Counted from the stretch's first letter, positions 50,159 through 59,844 are shown. The stretch: DNA of 64,000 nt from Leeuwenhoekiella sp. (GCA_011050015.1 DRGP01000164.1:35515-99514); one strand, 5' to 3'. The notes: generated by a model not told the origin, from the letters alone. Translations and numbers: made by a program.

Positions 50159-50526
50159 GGTAAACGGTATTTTTAAGCGATTTGTAGTGGTTTTTGTATG
50201 ATTTTTGACAAAAATCAATTGATTTTAGCACTGCAAAATTACGATGCAGCACGCAAGGGAGTGAACTTCAAATGCTAAAAGATTTTCAAAAAAATCGGCA
50301 AGCCGCGTTTTTCTTTTTCATGCGGTGGGAAAAGCTTACTTTTGTGCACTTTTTAGCAAAGATGGTGCGGGATTTTTCGGTTGAAAAAAGGGCATTAAAA
50401 TTGCTTATTGAGTAAGAAACAGTACAATAATCTTTCCGCACAGCGGAAAAAAAGACTGCCTGAGGGCAGTATTGGCCTTATCGCGAGTTATAACAGTTGC
50501 GAGGCAAGCCCCTTAAATTTTAGTTG

Positions 50527-51864
50527 ATGGATCCATTTTTTGTTAAAGCTATACAGTTTATTCTCAGTCTTTCCCTATTGATCATTTTACACGAATTCGG
50601 GCATTTTATCCCGGCGCGTATCTTTAAGATCAAGGTTGAAAAGTTTTTTCTCTTTTTTGACATAAAATTCGCCCTTTTTAAGAAGAAAATCGGCGATACG
50701 GTGTACGGTATTGGCTGGTTGCCACTGGGTGGTTATTGTAAAATGGCCGGCATGATTGATGAAAGTATGGATACTGAGGCGATGGGCGAGGAGCCTAAAC
50801 CTTGGGAGTTCCGCAGTAAACCCGCCTGGCAACGCCTTATTGTAATGCTGGGCGGTGTCACGGTGAATGTTTTTGTAGCCCTTGTGATCTACAGCTGTAT
50901 CATCGGCTTTTACGGTGAGCCCTTTACGAGCAAGGAGGATTTAAAGAACGGTTTTGCGGTTTCTCCACTTATGGAAAAATACGGGTTTCAGCAAGGGGAT
51001 AAGATCGTTGATGTAAATGGTGAGCCTTTTAAGGATCAATTGATGATTCGGCAATATTTAATGGTCAGGGATGTGCAAAATATACGGGTTGAACATGAAA
51101 ATGGTGACATTGAAAACCTACAATTGCCCGATGACATTGGCATGCAACTTTTTAAAAGCGGCGAGATGCCAGGATTGACCTTTGATCGTATCCCCGTAAA
51201 AATAGACTCTATGGCGGCCGATGGAGCCGCAGAAAAGGCGGGAATTAAGATTACCGACAAGATAAAATCAGTGAATGGCCATCCATTTAATTATAGATCA
51301 GATGTGTCGTATGCTCTTCAGAAAAAACGAGCTAATGAAGCAACGGTAATCGTGGAGCGTGATGGTAGATCGTTAGAGAAAAAACTTAATATAGGTGATG
51401 ATCAAAAGCTGGGTATTTATTTCCGTCCAATTAATGAGGATTATGGAATAGAGCGTCAGAACGAGAAATATTCATTAGGTACAAGTATATCTAAAGGAAT
51501 TTCTTACGGCTACTGGAAGCTGCATGATTATGTGGCGCAGTTTAAATATATTTTTACGGCTAAAGGAGCTACGCAGGTAGGCGGTTTTGGTGCGATTGCC
51601 GGGCTTTTTCCAGACACTTGGAACTGGTTGACTTTCTGGGAAACGACTGCTTTTATCTCTATCGCGCTGGCTTTTATGAATATTTTGCCCATTCCTGCGC
51701 TAGATGGCGGTCATGTAACGTTCCTGCTGTATGAGATGATCACGGGCAGGACACCAAGTGACAAATTTCTGGAATATGCACAGATCATTGGTTTCTTTTT
51801 GATTCTGGCGCTCGTGCTCTTTGCAAACGGTAATGATGTGTACCGCTGGATCACCGGTAACTAA
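50527..51864 (+). CDS. rseP: RIP metalloprotease RseP
   Basis: HEFGH, LPLGGY, PDZ region, NILPIPALDGGH. Confidence 0.96.
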   Translation: MDPFFVKAIQFILSLSLLIILHEFGHFIPARIFKIKVEKFFLFFDIKFALFKKKIGDTVYGIGWLPLGGYCKMAGMIDESMDTEAMGEEPKPWEFRSKPAWQRLIVMLGGVTVNVFVALVIYSCIIGFYGEPFTSKEDLKNGFAVSPLMEKYGFQQGDKIVDVNGEPFKDQLMIRQYLMVRDVQNIRVEHENGDIENLQLPDDIGMQLFKSGEMPGLTFDRIPVKIDSMAADGAAEKAGIKITDKIKSVNGHPFNYRSDVSYALQKKRANEATVIVERDGRSLEKKLNIGDDQKLGIYFRPINEDYGIERQNEKYSLGTSISKGISYGYWKLHDYVAQFKYIFTAKGATQVGGFGAIAGLFPDTWNWLTFWETTAFISIALAFMNILPIPALDGGHVTFLLYEMITGRTPSDKFLEYAQIIGFFLILALVLFANGNDVYRWITGN

Positions 51865-52029
51865 AAAAAGTAGGCAAAGAAATTTGGTTTTTGTTTTGTC
51901 GCTTTTAAAATTTAGGTATATTTGCATCCGCTTAGAACAAAAAGCAACGTTCATACTTTAGAAAACACCATATTTTGATCAAAAATCGCTTTTAAAAGCC
52001 GACTAATTGATTAAAATTAAATAATATAT

Positions 52030-52103
52030 TCCTCCTTAGCTCAGTTGGTTAGAGCATTTGACTGTTAATCAAAGGGTCCTTGGTTCGAGCCCAAGAGGGG
52101 GAG
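52030..52103 (+). tRNA. tRNA-Asn(GTT)
   Basis: Cloverleaf TCCTCCT/AGGGGGA, anticodon loop CTGTTAA, TTCGA T-loop; CCA not encoded; promoter TATATTTG at 51917-51924. Confidence 0.97.
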
Positions 52104-52109
52104 CAAAGT

Positions 52110-52141
52110 AAGCTCAATCTTTCATTAGGTTGGGCTTTTTT
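52110..52141 (+). terminator. Terminator after tRNA-Asn
   Basis: AGCTCAATCT..AGGTTGGGCT followed by a T-run. Confidence 0.7.
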
Positions 52142-52361
52142 GTTTCCAGAGAGTCTTTATTTTCTGATAAACCATCCAACCTGGACGTGCCTATTATTCA
52201 TAAACAGACTCATAATCGCTTTCATCACAAATGATCCTAGCTTACTTTGTGAAGATGATTTGGAAATGAAATTCCTAAAAAAAAAGTATTTTATAAAGGC
52301 TTTAATGGGGAGTGGTGGATCAAGATGAAAAGGAAAAAAATAGCTTCTTATTTTGGATGAG

Positions 52362-53690
52362 TTAGTAATAAAAATATATAGCATTGTACAGGTTGACAAC
52401 ACAGGCTATAATGAAATTGACCATTTCGCCGTGACCGAATGTTGAACGGATCGTATTAACGGTTTGATTGATAACGGCGTTTTTTGTCATGCCCCTATGA
52501 TCGCTACCGTTAATACTTGATACAATCATATTTGCCGCGGTATCAGATAGATTATTTGCTGCCTTATCCTTGTCTTCAATACCCAAAATCACATTTATAA
52601 TTTCTTTGGCTATGTATTGCATTGAATAATCAATTGCTGCCTGGGCAATTACCTCCTCATATTTTATTGTATAGGAATGGAATGTACCTTTTATAAAATG
52701 GTCTGTTGGATTGTGCATTTTAATATAGTCCACATTTCCAGAACCAACATAATATAGGATTTCCTTGTTACCGGTTTCATCAGCTTGCAACTTGATTTCT
52801 TCTAGATTTTTGGAGTCATATTTATAAACATCAAGATCATCCTCATTGCCGTCACCATTAAATACAAACACAAAAATTTTATTTTTTGGGACAAACATTT
52901 TTACATATGATGCTTGATGGGGTATTAACTTTAATGAATAATTAGCCCCATCCTCCAAAAAAGAGTATTTAGGATCTACAAATAGTGGAAAATCAACAGC
53001 GATATCCTTTGATATTCCATCCCAATCATATAAATAATTGAATTTAACATTGATTCTGTCTTGGGCATACAAATGTTTCCAAATGACTTTACTGGTTTGA
53101 TTATTAAACTTTATTGTAGCACTGTCTTTATCCACCATAAATGATTCTAATCTCCCTGCTTGATCTATAGAGACGTCAAGGTTTCCAATTGGTTTTAGCC
53201 GTTTTATATTCTCATAATTTATTCCATTGAAGGTTTTACGCTGAAGATAGACTTCTATATTGTACTTAAATTTGTTTTTATCTTCATTGCCGGGAAGGGG
53301 ATAATCAAGGGTGCCGACAACATTAGTTTTTTTAGGTGAAGCGAAAATGAAGGTGTCTTTGCTAATTACATTACTGTTGAAAGTTGAACTAAATTTGATA
53401 CTTAGCTTTTCAGTATCTCCCATTGAAGAATCATTAAGTTTAAGGCTAATACTATTCTCAAACCTTTTAAAAAGATCTCCATTTTCCCTATAAATAGCAA
53501 TTGAAGTCCAAGTTGGTTTGAGATTTTTCGAAGAAAAGAGACTATGCCAGGCGGTATTTTGATAAGTCGGAACTAATAAAACTTCATCCCAAGAGTTTCT
53601 TTTTAACATTAGTCCTTCGAGAGTCATTTCCGGCTGACATGATGTGAAGGTTGCAACTAGAATAGAAAGATAAGCAAAGACTTTTCCCAT
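52362..53690 (-). CDS. AT-rich hypothetical lipoprotein
   Basis: 442 aa; MGKVFAYLSILVATFTSC lipobox; visibly lower GC than neighbours. Confidence 0.8.
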   Translation of the reverse strand: MGKVFAYLSILVATFTSCQPEMTLEGLMLKRNSWDEVLLVPTYQNTAWHSLFSSKNLKPTWTSIAIYRENGDLFKRFENSISLKLNDSSMGDTEKLSIKFSSTFNSNVISKDTFIFASPKKTNVVGTLDYPLPGNEDKNKFKYNIEVYLQRKTFNGINYENIKRLKPIGNLDVSIDQAGRLESFMVDKDSATIKFNNQTSKVIWKHLYAQDRINVKFNYLYDWDGISKDIAVDFPLFVDPKYSFLEDGANYSLKLIPHQASYVKMFVPKNKIFVFVFNGDGNEDDLDVYKYDSKNLEEIKLQADETGNKEILYYVGSGNVDYIKMHNPTDHFIKGTFHSYTIKYEEVIAQAAIDYSMQYIAKEIINVILGIEDKDKAANNLSDTAANMIVSSINGSDHRGMTKNAVINQTVNTIRSTFGHGEMVNFIIACVVNLYNAIYFYY

Positions 53691-54010
53691 AACTTTAAAA
53701 TTTTGTATGTTATATTACTCATTTAAAAGTATAGGGGGTTTAAATATACCACTTATAATCAGAACTTTAGGGAGGTAACAATATTTTTAAATATAAGGGT
53801 AGTAATTGTCTAAGAGATAAAAAATAATCCATTTTCGAATTTCGAACGAAGACCCAAAAACAGGTTTTTTCATAAAGGATATAGATTCCCTTATAAATGA
53901 GTTTAGAATACTTGTGATTTTATTCTTTTGCTATAAATGGTAATCAACCTAAAATTAGTGTTCTAAACTAGGCACAATTCTATTAAAGTGAAGAAACAAC
54001 GGAATATAAA

Positions 54011-54766
54011 TTAAAAACTAAGACCTAAGCCAACCTGTAGCTGTGACGTATATTCATTAGTATTAAGCGGTGTTTTACTGTCAAAGTAATAATCATAAAG
54101 CACAAAGACCTTAAACCATTCATAAAGAGGGACATCGAGTCTAAATTGCTCCAGAATGCGGTAATCTTCTACGTTTTTGTACAACGGTTGATAATAACCA
54201 GTATTGGTGACAGAAAATTTTTCGCTTTTTGGGAAGTAAGAAATACTCAAATAGGTGCTGTTTCTATGATTGAATGCGGTAGTGCCCGCACGGTCACTAT
54301 ATTCCATTTCATACATATAGCTATTGCCCGCATAACCTGAAAAATTCTCTTTATCAATCCATTTTATCCTAATGCCCGCCCCAATAAGGTTTCGTTGTTC
54401 TACCACTAAAAGCTCATTGTATTGCCCTTGTATAAACGCCTCTAACCGAAGAAGGTCGTTGAGTTTGTAGTTGAACCGCGTATGCAGAAACCAGGAATTC
54501 TGCAAATTTCCTTCATCGGAATCTATTAACTTATAATTCCCTAGAAACAGGTAGATTTTTTTTAAATCTTTAGATTTCAGCTGGGTGGTGAGCGTACCGT
54601 TTATTTGATTTACTGTAGTGCCGTCGTTATTGGTATGGTTAAAGGCAAAATCGGCATTTAGAACGAAACGGGCAGAATCGGTCTGGATGCGTCGGGTTTC
54701 TATATTAACCAACTGGGCGTTTGCCAAAATGGGGAAAAAAAGAACTAAAAAAATAAATTTTTGGAT
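54011..54766 (-). CDS. DUF481/YdiY-like outer-membrane beta-barrel; start uncertain (ATC 54766 or ATG 54859)
   Basis: Signal peptide (I)QKFIFLVLFFPILANA, FLHTRFNY, EAFIQGQYN, YYQP, C-terminal GLGLSF. Confidence 0.8.
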   Translation of the reverse strand: MQKFIFLVLFFPILANAQLVNIETRRIQTDSARFVLNADFAFNHTNNDGTTVNQINGTLTTQLKSKDLKKIYLFLGNYKLIDSDEGNLQNSWFLHTRFNYKLNDLLRLEAFIQGQYNELLVVEQRNLIGAGIRIKWIDKENFSGYAGNSYMYEMEYSDRAGTTAFNHRNSTYLSISYFPKSEKFSVTNTGYYQPLYKNVEDYRILEQFRLDVPLYEWFKVFVLYDYYFDSKTPLNTNEYTSQLQVGLGLSF

Positions 54767-54866
54767 ACCGAAGGGTTTTGATGCACAAAGATACTCACTA
54801 CTCAAATCTTTTAAAATAGTTTGTCTCCATTTTGTGCCAATATTTCGGCCATATCCCATTTTCAGT

Positions 54867-56207
54867 CTAAAAAGTTTTAAAAATGCTATAGGCGGTAAGC
54901 AATAGAATAAAACCTAGTGTTCCTTGCAGTAGGGTGGATACGGTATGCTTTCGATAGGCCTGCTTAACACTCATTTCTCCCAGCTGGCTTACAATCCAGA
55001 AATAGGAGTCATTTGCATGAGAAACTGTTAAAGACCCTGCGCCAATAGCCATAATAACCCAGACTTTCCCCATCTCAGAATCAAAGCCCAATGCGGGCAA
55101 TAGCGGTAGCATAATGGATGAAATGGTAATTATCGCTACGGTGGAAGAGCCTTGAGCCGATTTTAAAAGTGCAGCGAGTAAAAACGGAATGGCCAGCCCC
55201 ATGCTGTTATTAAAAGCACTTAGGTTTATACCTTCCGTAAGGTTAGCAAATTGTATCACGGCGCCCAGTGCACCGCCCATAGCCGTGATAAGCAATATGG
55301 GTGCTGCCTGCTGAATACCTTTTTCAATGACGGGACCAATGCTTTTTTGCTGATTAAGACACAGGCCAAAGGCTGCCAAAACCCCAATAAGAAGTGCGAT
55401 TGCAGGATCACCTACAAAAAGGATCAAATCTATTAGTACACCGGTTTCGTTTCCAAATAGTAAAGGAAGAATAGATGCCAAAGCCATTAATAGAATAGGC
55501 AATGCTAACGGCCAGATTGCAACTGAAAATGAGGGTAATTGTACTTCCTGACCAAAATATTTCAGTAAATCGTTCTTATCAAAAGGGTCTTCTGCATTGC
55601 TTTTTCTGAAAAAATAATACGAGTAGCAGGCGCCTATTAGCATAAGGACGAGTGCAAATATACCCCCGGCTAGAAGTAAAATATAAAGATTATCCAGTTG
55701 AAGATTTGCTGCGGCCGCCAGTGGCCCCGGAGTGGGGGGAACCAGAACATGGGATGAAAATAATCCGGTAGAAAGTGCAATGGTCAACGCATCGCGTCTT
55801 GCAATATTAGTTGCAGCCAGCTTTTTAGTAAGCGGCGCAAGAATAACAAATGCTGCGTCACAGAATACGGGTATGGAAACCAGATAGCCCAGCGAACTTA
55901 TCACAAAGGGCAAGGGGAGTAGGGTAAGTTTTTTAATAATGCCTTTTGCGATAGCGGTGGTTGCCTTTGTAGCTTCGAGACCAGCGCCGATCCACGCGCC
56001 AAAAAGGATGAGCAGCCCTATGCTTTTAAACATAGACCCAAAACCTGCACTAATTACCTGAGGAATTTCTGTAACCGGGATTTGTAGTAAAAAAGCCAGG
56101 CCCAATGCACTGATGAGCAACACAAAAAAAGGGTGCCAGCGCAGGTAACTGGTCCCGATAATAATCCAGAGAACCACAATTGCAATAAACAGTAAATCTA
56201 GTGCCAT
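54867..56207 (-). CDS. GntP-family permease
   Basis: HPFFVL, IPVFCDAAF, VPPTPGP, AQGSSTVA, SHANDSYFW. Confidence 0.93.
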   Translation of the reverse strand: MALDLLFIAIVVLWIIIGTSYLRWHPFFVLLISALGLAFLLQIPVTEIPQVISAGFGSMFKSIGLLILFGAWIGAGLEATKATTAIAKGIIKKLTLLPLPFVISSLGYLVSIPVFCDAAFVILAPLTKKLAATNIARRDALTIALSTGLFSSHVLVPPTPGPLAAAANLQLDNLYILLLAGGIFALVLMLIGACYSYYFFRKSNAEDPFDKNDLLKYFGQEVQLPSFSVAIWPLALPILLMALASILPLLFGNETGVLIDLILFVGDPAIALLIGVLAAFGLCLNQQKSIGPVIEKGIQQAAPILLITAMGGALGAVIQFANLTEGINLSAFNNSMGLAIPFLLAALLKSAQGSSTVAIITISSIMLPLLPALGFDSEMGKVWVIMAIGAGSLTVSHANDSYFWIVSQLGEMSVKQAYRKHTVSTLLQGTLGFILLLTAYSIFKTF

Positions 56208-56210
56208 GGG

Positions 56211-57335
56211 TTAAATGTGGTTTTTAAGATTTGTTGCAACTGCATTTTTCAATAAGGTGTATGCGTGGGTTTTTGCATATTCGAGATCCATCGATGGGGT
56301 TTTAATGGCATATGCGGCTTTTATTCCGGCTGCTTTAAGAACTTCCGGCGAAGCCGAAATGCTTCCGGCAAAAAGAAGTAATGGCTTGTGGTGTTTTTTA
56401 GCAAGTTCAGCGAGTTTAAAAGGGACTTTGCCGTATTGACTTTGATTGTCTGTTTTTCCTTCGCCAGTTATAATTAAATCAGCCGTTTTTATTTTTTCTT
56501 CCAGACTGGTAAGCGTGCTGAGTAGTTCAAAGCCCGGTTTTAAAGGGCTGTTAAAAAGTCCATACATACCTGCAGCAGTTCCACCTGCCGCACCGCCACC
56601 CGGAACAGTTGTAATTGCGCAGCCCGTTTTCCTTTCAATAATCTGAGCTAAATGCCCAGCTCCTTTTTCCAGATGATCTATGTCTTTTGCTGAAGCTCCT
56701 TTTTGTGCGGCATAGGTGTGCGCAGCCCCCGTGTGTCCTAATAAAGGATTGGTAACATCACAGGCAACCGTAATTACCGCATCCGCCAGCATTGGATTCA
56801 GATTTTCTAAATCCAACTGCATGCATTTTAAAAGAGCTGCGCCGTTAGATGCCAATACGGTTCCTTTTTTGTCTAGAAGTTTTCCGCCTAAAGCCGTAAA
56901 AATCCCCGTCCCCAAGTCATTTGTGGCGCTGCCGCCGATGCCTAAAGTAAGTTGGGTGTACCCGTTTTCCAGGGCATGCTTGAGTTGTAGCCCGGTGCCG
57001 TAGGTTGAGGTTTTTAATGGGTTTTGTTCACGAGGTTCTAAAAGGGCAAGGCCGGAAGCCTGTGATAGTTCAATCCAAGCTGTTTTACCGTCATTAAAAC
57101 CAAAATAGGGTGCTTTTATAGGTCTTCCTAGCGGATCTTGAGTCTCGCAATCGATTAAACGACCCAGGTTTAATGTAGAAAAAAGTTCGAAAGCGCCTTC
57201 GCCACCATCAGAAAAAGGGAGTTGTTCAAGCTTTGCATTGGGCATAATGATGCGTATTCCTTCAGCAATAGCGGTAGCGACTTCAGTAGCAGTTAAACTT
57301 TCTTTAAAGGAATCTGGTGCGATTAGAATTTTCAG
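56211..57335 (-). CDS. Glycerate kinase (GlxK/GarK family), CTG start
   Basis: Frame extends 30 codons above the listed ORF to (L)KILIAPDSFKESL; SDGGEG, GIGGSATND, GAAGG, ITGEG. Confidence 0.93.
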   Translation of the reverse strand: MKILIAPDSFKESLTATEVATAIAEGIRIIMPNAKLEQLPFSDGGEGAFELFSTLNLGRLIDCETQDPLGRPIKAPYFGFNDGKTAWIELSQASGLALLEPREQNPLKTSTYGTGLQLKHALENGYTQLTLGIGGSATNDLGTGIFTALGGKLLDKKGTVLASNGAALLKCMQLDLENLNPMLADAVITVACDVTNPLLGHTGAAHTYAAQKGASAKDIDHLEKGAGHLAQIIERKTGCAITTVPGGGAAGGTAAGMYGLFNSPLKPGFELLSTLTSLEEKIKTADLIITGEGKTDNQSQYGKVPFKLAELAKKHHKPLLLFAGSISASPEVLKAAGIKAAYAIKTPSMDLEYAKTHAYTLLKNAVATNLKNHI

Positions 57336-57420
57336 CTTAGAATATATTAGAGGTTTATGCCTAGAAAGTTACTGTTTTCCAGTGAAATTAAAACTGAGCT
57401 AATTTTATTCAAAAAAAACC

Positions 57421-57480
57421 AATGTAAAGCTTGCTTTACATTTAAAAATACAGTTATATTTGTCAAGTGAACTTTACATT
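57421..57480 (+). promoter_or_regulatory. Promoter (TATATTTG, 57455-57462) with two TGTAAAG-n4-CTTTACA operators
   Basis: Perfect AATGTAAAGC-TT-GCTTTACATT (57421-57442) and TGTCAAG-TGAA-CTTTACA (57461-57478). Confidence 0.8.
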
Positions 57481-57499
57481 AATCAAAAATCAAACAGTT

Positions 57500-57889
57500 A
57501 TGAATTCAAAATTAAAAACCTCAAAGAAGCATTTGGCCTTATGGGCATTAGCGTGGGTCGCAACAACCGCGCTGGTGACTTTTGGTTTTCAATTTTTATG
57601 GGAATCAAAAATTATTACGGTAATCGCTATTGTATTGAGCCTTGCCGTGGGGCTGGGTATGGTGCTTGCCAACCGTAAATTTATAAATGACGGAGATGAG
57701 CTGCAACGGAAAATTCAATTGGAATCTATGGCATTAACCTTAGGCCTTTCCATCATCGTAGGTCTTGCTTACTCGCAATTAGACACGACAAACCTCATTG
57801 CTTCTGATGCTGAAATTAGTTCTTTAGTGCTTTTTATCGGGATAACTTATTTCGTCTGTATTCTTTTTAATAGCCGCAAATACTCATGA
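57500..57889 (+). CDS. Four-TM membrane protein
   Basis: Hydrophobic segments around DELQRKIQLESMA; stop overlaps the HTH gene (ATGA). Confidence 0.85.
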   Translation: MNSKLKTSKKHLALWALAWVATTALVTFGFQFLWESKIITVIAIVLSLAVGLGMVLANRKFINDGDELQRKIQLESMALTLGLSIIVGLAYSQLDTTNLIASDAEISSLVLFIGITYFVCILFNSRKYS

Positions 57890-58086
57890 AAAATAAAATA
57901 AAGACATTAAGAAGCACTTTTGCTCTTACTCAGGAAGATTTGGCAAATCGTATAGATGTTTCCCGGCAAACTATAAATGCGATCGAAAAAAGTAAATTTG
58001 ACCCCAGTTTACCTACCGCTTTTCGTCTAGCAGCTGTTTTTAACTGCACTATTGAAGAGTTGTTTGCCTATGAGCCCGAATCTTAA
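57886..58086 (+). CDS. XRE/HTH_3 transcriptional regulator
   Basis: MKNKIK..LTQEDLA..VSRQTINAIEKSKFDPSL..IEELF. Confidence 0.95.
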   Translation: MKNKIKTLRSTFALTQEDLANRIDVSRQTINAIEKSKFDPSLPTAFRLAAVFNCTIEELFAYEPES

Positions 58087-58310
58087 ATTGCAGCATGCAA
58101 AAAACCATTGTAAAAAACCTGCCCAAAATTTTATCAATATTGCTTTTTATGGTCTTGTGCTGGCTTATTTTTTAATTCCAGAAGTTGAGCAATTTTTTGA
58201 TAAGGCCTGGGCGGTTTTATTTGCGATACTCTCAAAAATTATTGAAGTCAGGTAACTTTCAGTTAGAACTTTTAAACTCTTTGTATATTCAAGTTTTAAA
58301 ATGAAACCTC

Positions 58311-59639
58311 ATGATACATACCTTCCCCTTAAAAAATTCATTACTATTTTTCGCGCTGAGCGTGCTTTTTCTCTTTCCGCTGCAAGCGCAAAAGCTATCT
58401 AAAAAGGAGCGGAAAATAGTCGCCCAAGTTGAAAAAAACAACACCGAGTCGATCAATTTTCTTGAAAAAATAGTCAATATAAATAGCGGCACCATGAATC
58501 CTGAAGGTGTACGTGAAACCGGAAGATTGTTTGATGAGGCTTTTACAGCAATAGGTTTTAAAACGGAGTGGATAGATATGCCAGCAGAAATGAATCGTGC
58601 CGGACATCTTTTTGCTTCTATTGACGGAAATTCTGGTAAAAGGATTCTTCTTATAGGGCATCTGGATACCGTTTTTGAAGACGATAGTGATTTTCAAAAA
58701 TTTGAACCTATAAATGACAGTGTTGCAAAAGGTCCCGGCGCTAATGATATGAAAGGCGGCGATGTGATTATTCTCTATGCTTTAAAAGCACTCAAGGATG
58801 CAAATCTGTTAAATGACGCCCAGATTATAGTAGGGCTCAACGGCGATGAAGAAAGCGCAGGAAAACCTATAAGTATAAGCCGAAAACCACTCGTAGATTT
58901 CGCAAAACGCAGTGATGTTGCTTTATGTTTTGAGACTTCTACAGGTTATGACAAAGCCACTGTAGCCCGTCGTGGTTCCTCTGGCTGGAAGGTGGAAGTA
59001 AAGGGAAAACGCGCCCATTCTTCAGGAATTTTTAACGAAAATACAGGTGCTGGAGCAAACTTTGAACTTGCGCGTATTCTGCATCAGTTTTATACCGATG
59101 TAAAAGGTGAAGCGCTGCTTACATTTAATCCCGGTATGATGCTGGGCGGAACGACTATAAATGTTGAAGCCGAAAAGAGCCGCGGTGATGTTTTTGGCAA
59201 AACTAACGTAGTGGCGCAAACTGCTTATGCAGACGGTGGCCTTCGTTTTATCTCTGAAGAACAAAAAGAAAATGCGCGTAATAAAATGCGTGAAATAGTA
59301 GCAAACAATCTTCCGCAGACTAGTGCAAAAATTACTTTTACAGACAGTTATCCGGCGATGGGTCCCACAGATGCTAATTATGAATTGCTGCACGAGCTTG
59401 ATCAAGTGAGCCGAGATCTGGGGCAGCCCGCTGTAGAGGCTTACGATCCCGGTAAACGCGGCGCCGCAGATATTTCGTTTGTTGCACAATATCTCGCTTG
59501 CCTTGATGGTCTTGGAACAATGGGGAGCGGCGCGCACACTCCAGAAGAAACCGTAAATCTCAATACCATAGAGGCGCTTACAAAACGCACTGCCATTCTT
59601 ATTTATCGCCTGATTAATCAGAATAGGCAAAAGTCATAG
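58311..59639 (+). CDS. Secreted M20 metallopeptidase (carboxypeptidase G2-like)
   Basis: Signal peptide, IGHLDTVF, DMKGG, DEE, FE, GAHT..E. Confidence 0.92.
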   Translation: MIHTFPLKNSLLFFALSVLFLFPLQAQKLSKKERKIVAQVEKNNTESINFLEKIVNINSGTMNPEGVRETGRLFDEAFTAIGFKTEWIDMPAEMNRAGHLFASIDGNSGKRILLIGHLDTVFEDDSDFQKFEPINDSVAKGPGANDMKGGDVIILYALKALKDANLLNDAQIIVGLNGDEESAGKPISISRKPLVDFAKRSDVALCFETSTGYDKATVARRGSSGWKVEVKGKRAHSSGIFNENTGAGANFELARILHQFYTDVKGEALLTFNPGMMLGGTTINVEAEKSRGDVFGKTNVVAQTAYADGGLRFISEEQKENARNKMREIVANNLPQTSAKITFTDSYPAMGPTDANYELLHELDQVSRDLGQPAVEAYDPGKRGAADISFVAQYLACLDGLGTMGSGAHTPEETVNLNTIEALTKRTAILIYRLINQNRQKS

Positions 59640-59642
59640 AAG

Positions 59643-59670
59643 AATCCCACCCAGTCCCAAGGGGAGGAGC
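59643..59670 (+). repeat. REP-like repeat, type A
   Basis: AATCCCACCCAGTCCCAAGGGGAGGAGC aligns with 15366-15398. Confidence 0.55.
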
Positions 59671-59844
59671 TAAAAAAACTGTCAGTTTAAGTCAATTAAT
59701 AGGTGGTTTTTTGATGATTTTAGTCCATTTTTAAGGCTTTTTGACTGATTTTCGTAAATATATTTTTCGTCTTTGGTGGAAGAATTAAGCATCAATATCA
59801 CATCCGGGTAAAGGCAGCCCTCCATCGGAGAAGCCGTGTGAGCA

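Noticed and set aside
52080-52402. ORFs 52080-52328 (+) and 52157-52402 (-)
   Set aside because: They overlap the tRNA/terminator or the lipoprotein end and show no recognisable motif; at most decayed coding DNA
53830-53870. TTCGAACGAAGACCCAAAAACAGG as a possible attR copy of the tRNA-Asn 3' end
   Set aside because: Similarity to TTCGAGCCCAAGAGGGGGAG is too weak to support
13429-59670. Short palindromic repeats considered as a CRISPR array or integron attC sites
   Set aside because: Copies are dispersed and degenerate, not regularly spaced; no cas or integrase gene; no GTTRRRY/RYYYAAC cassette structure around the TA modules
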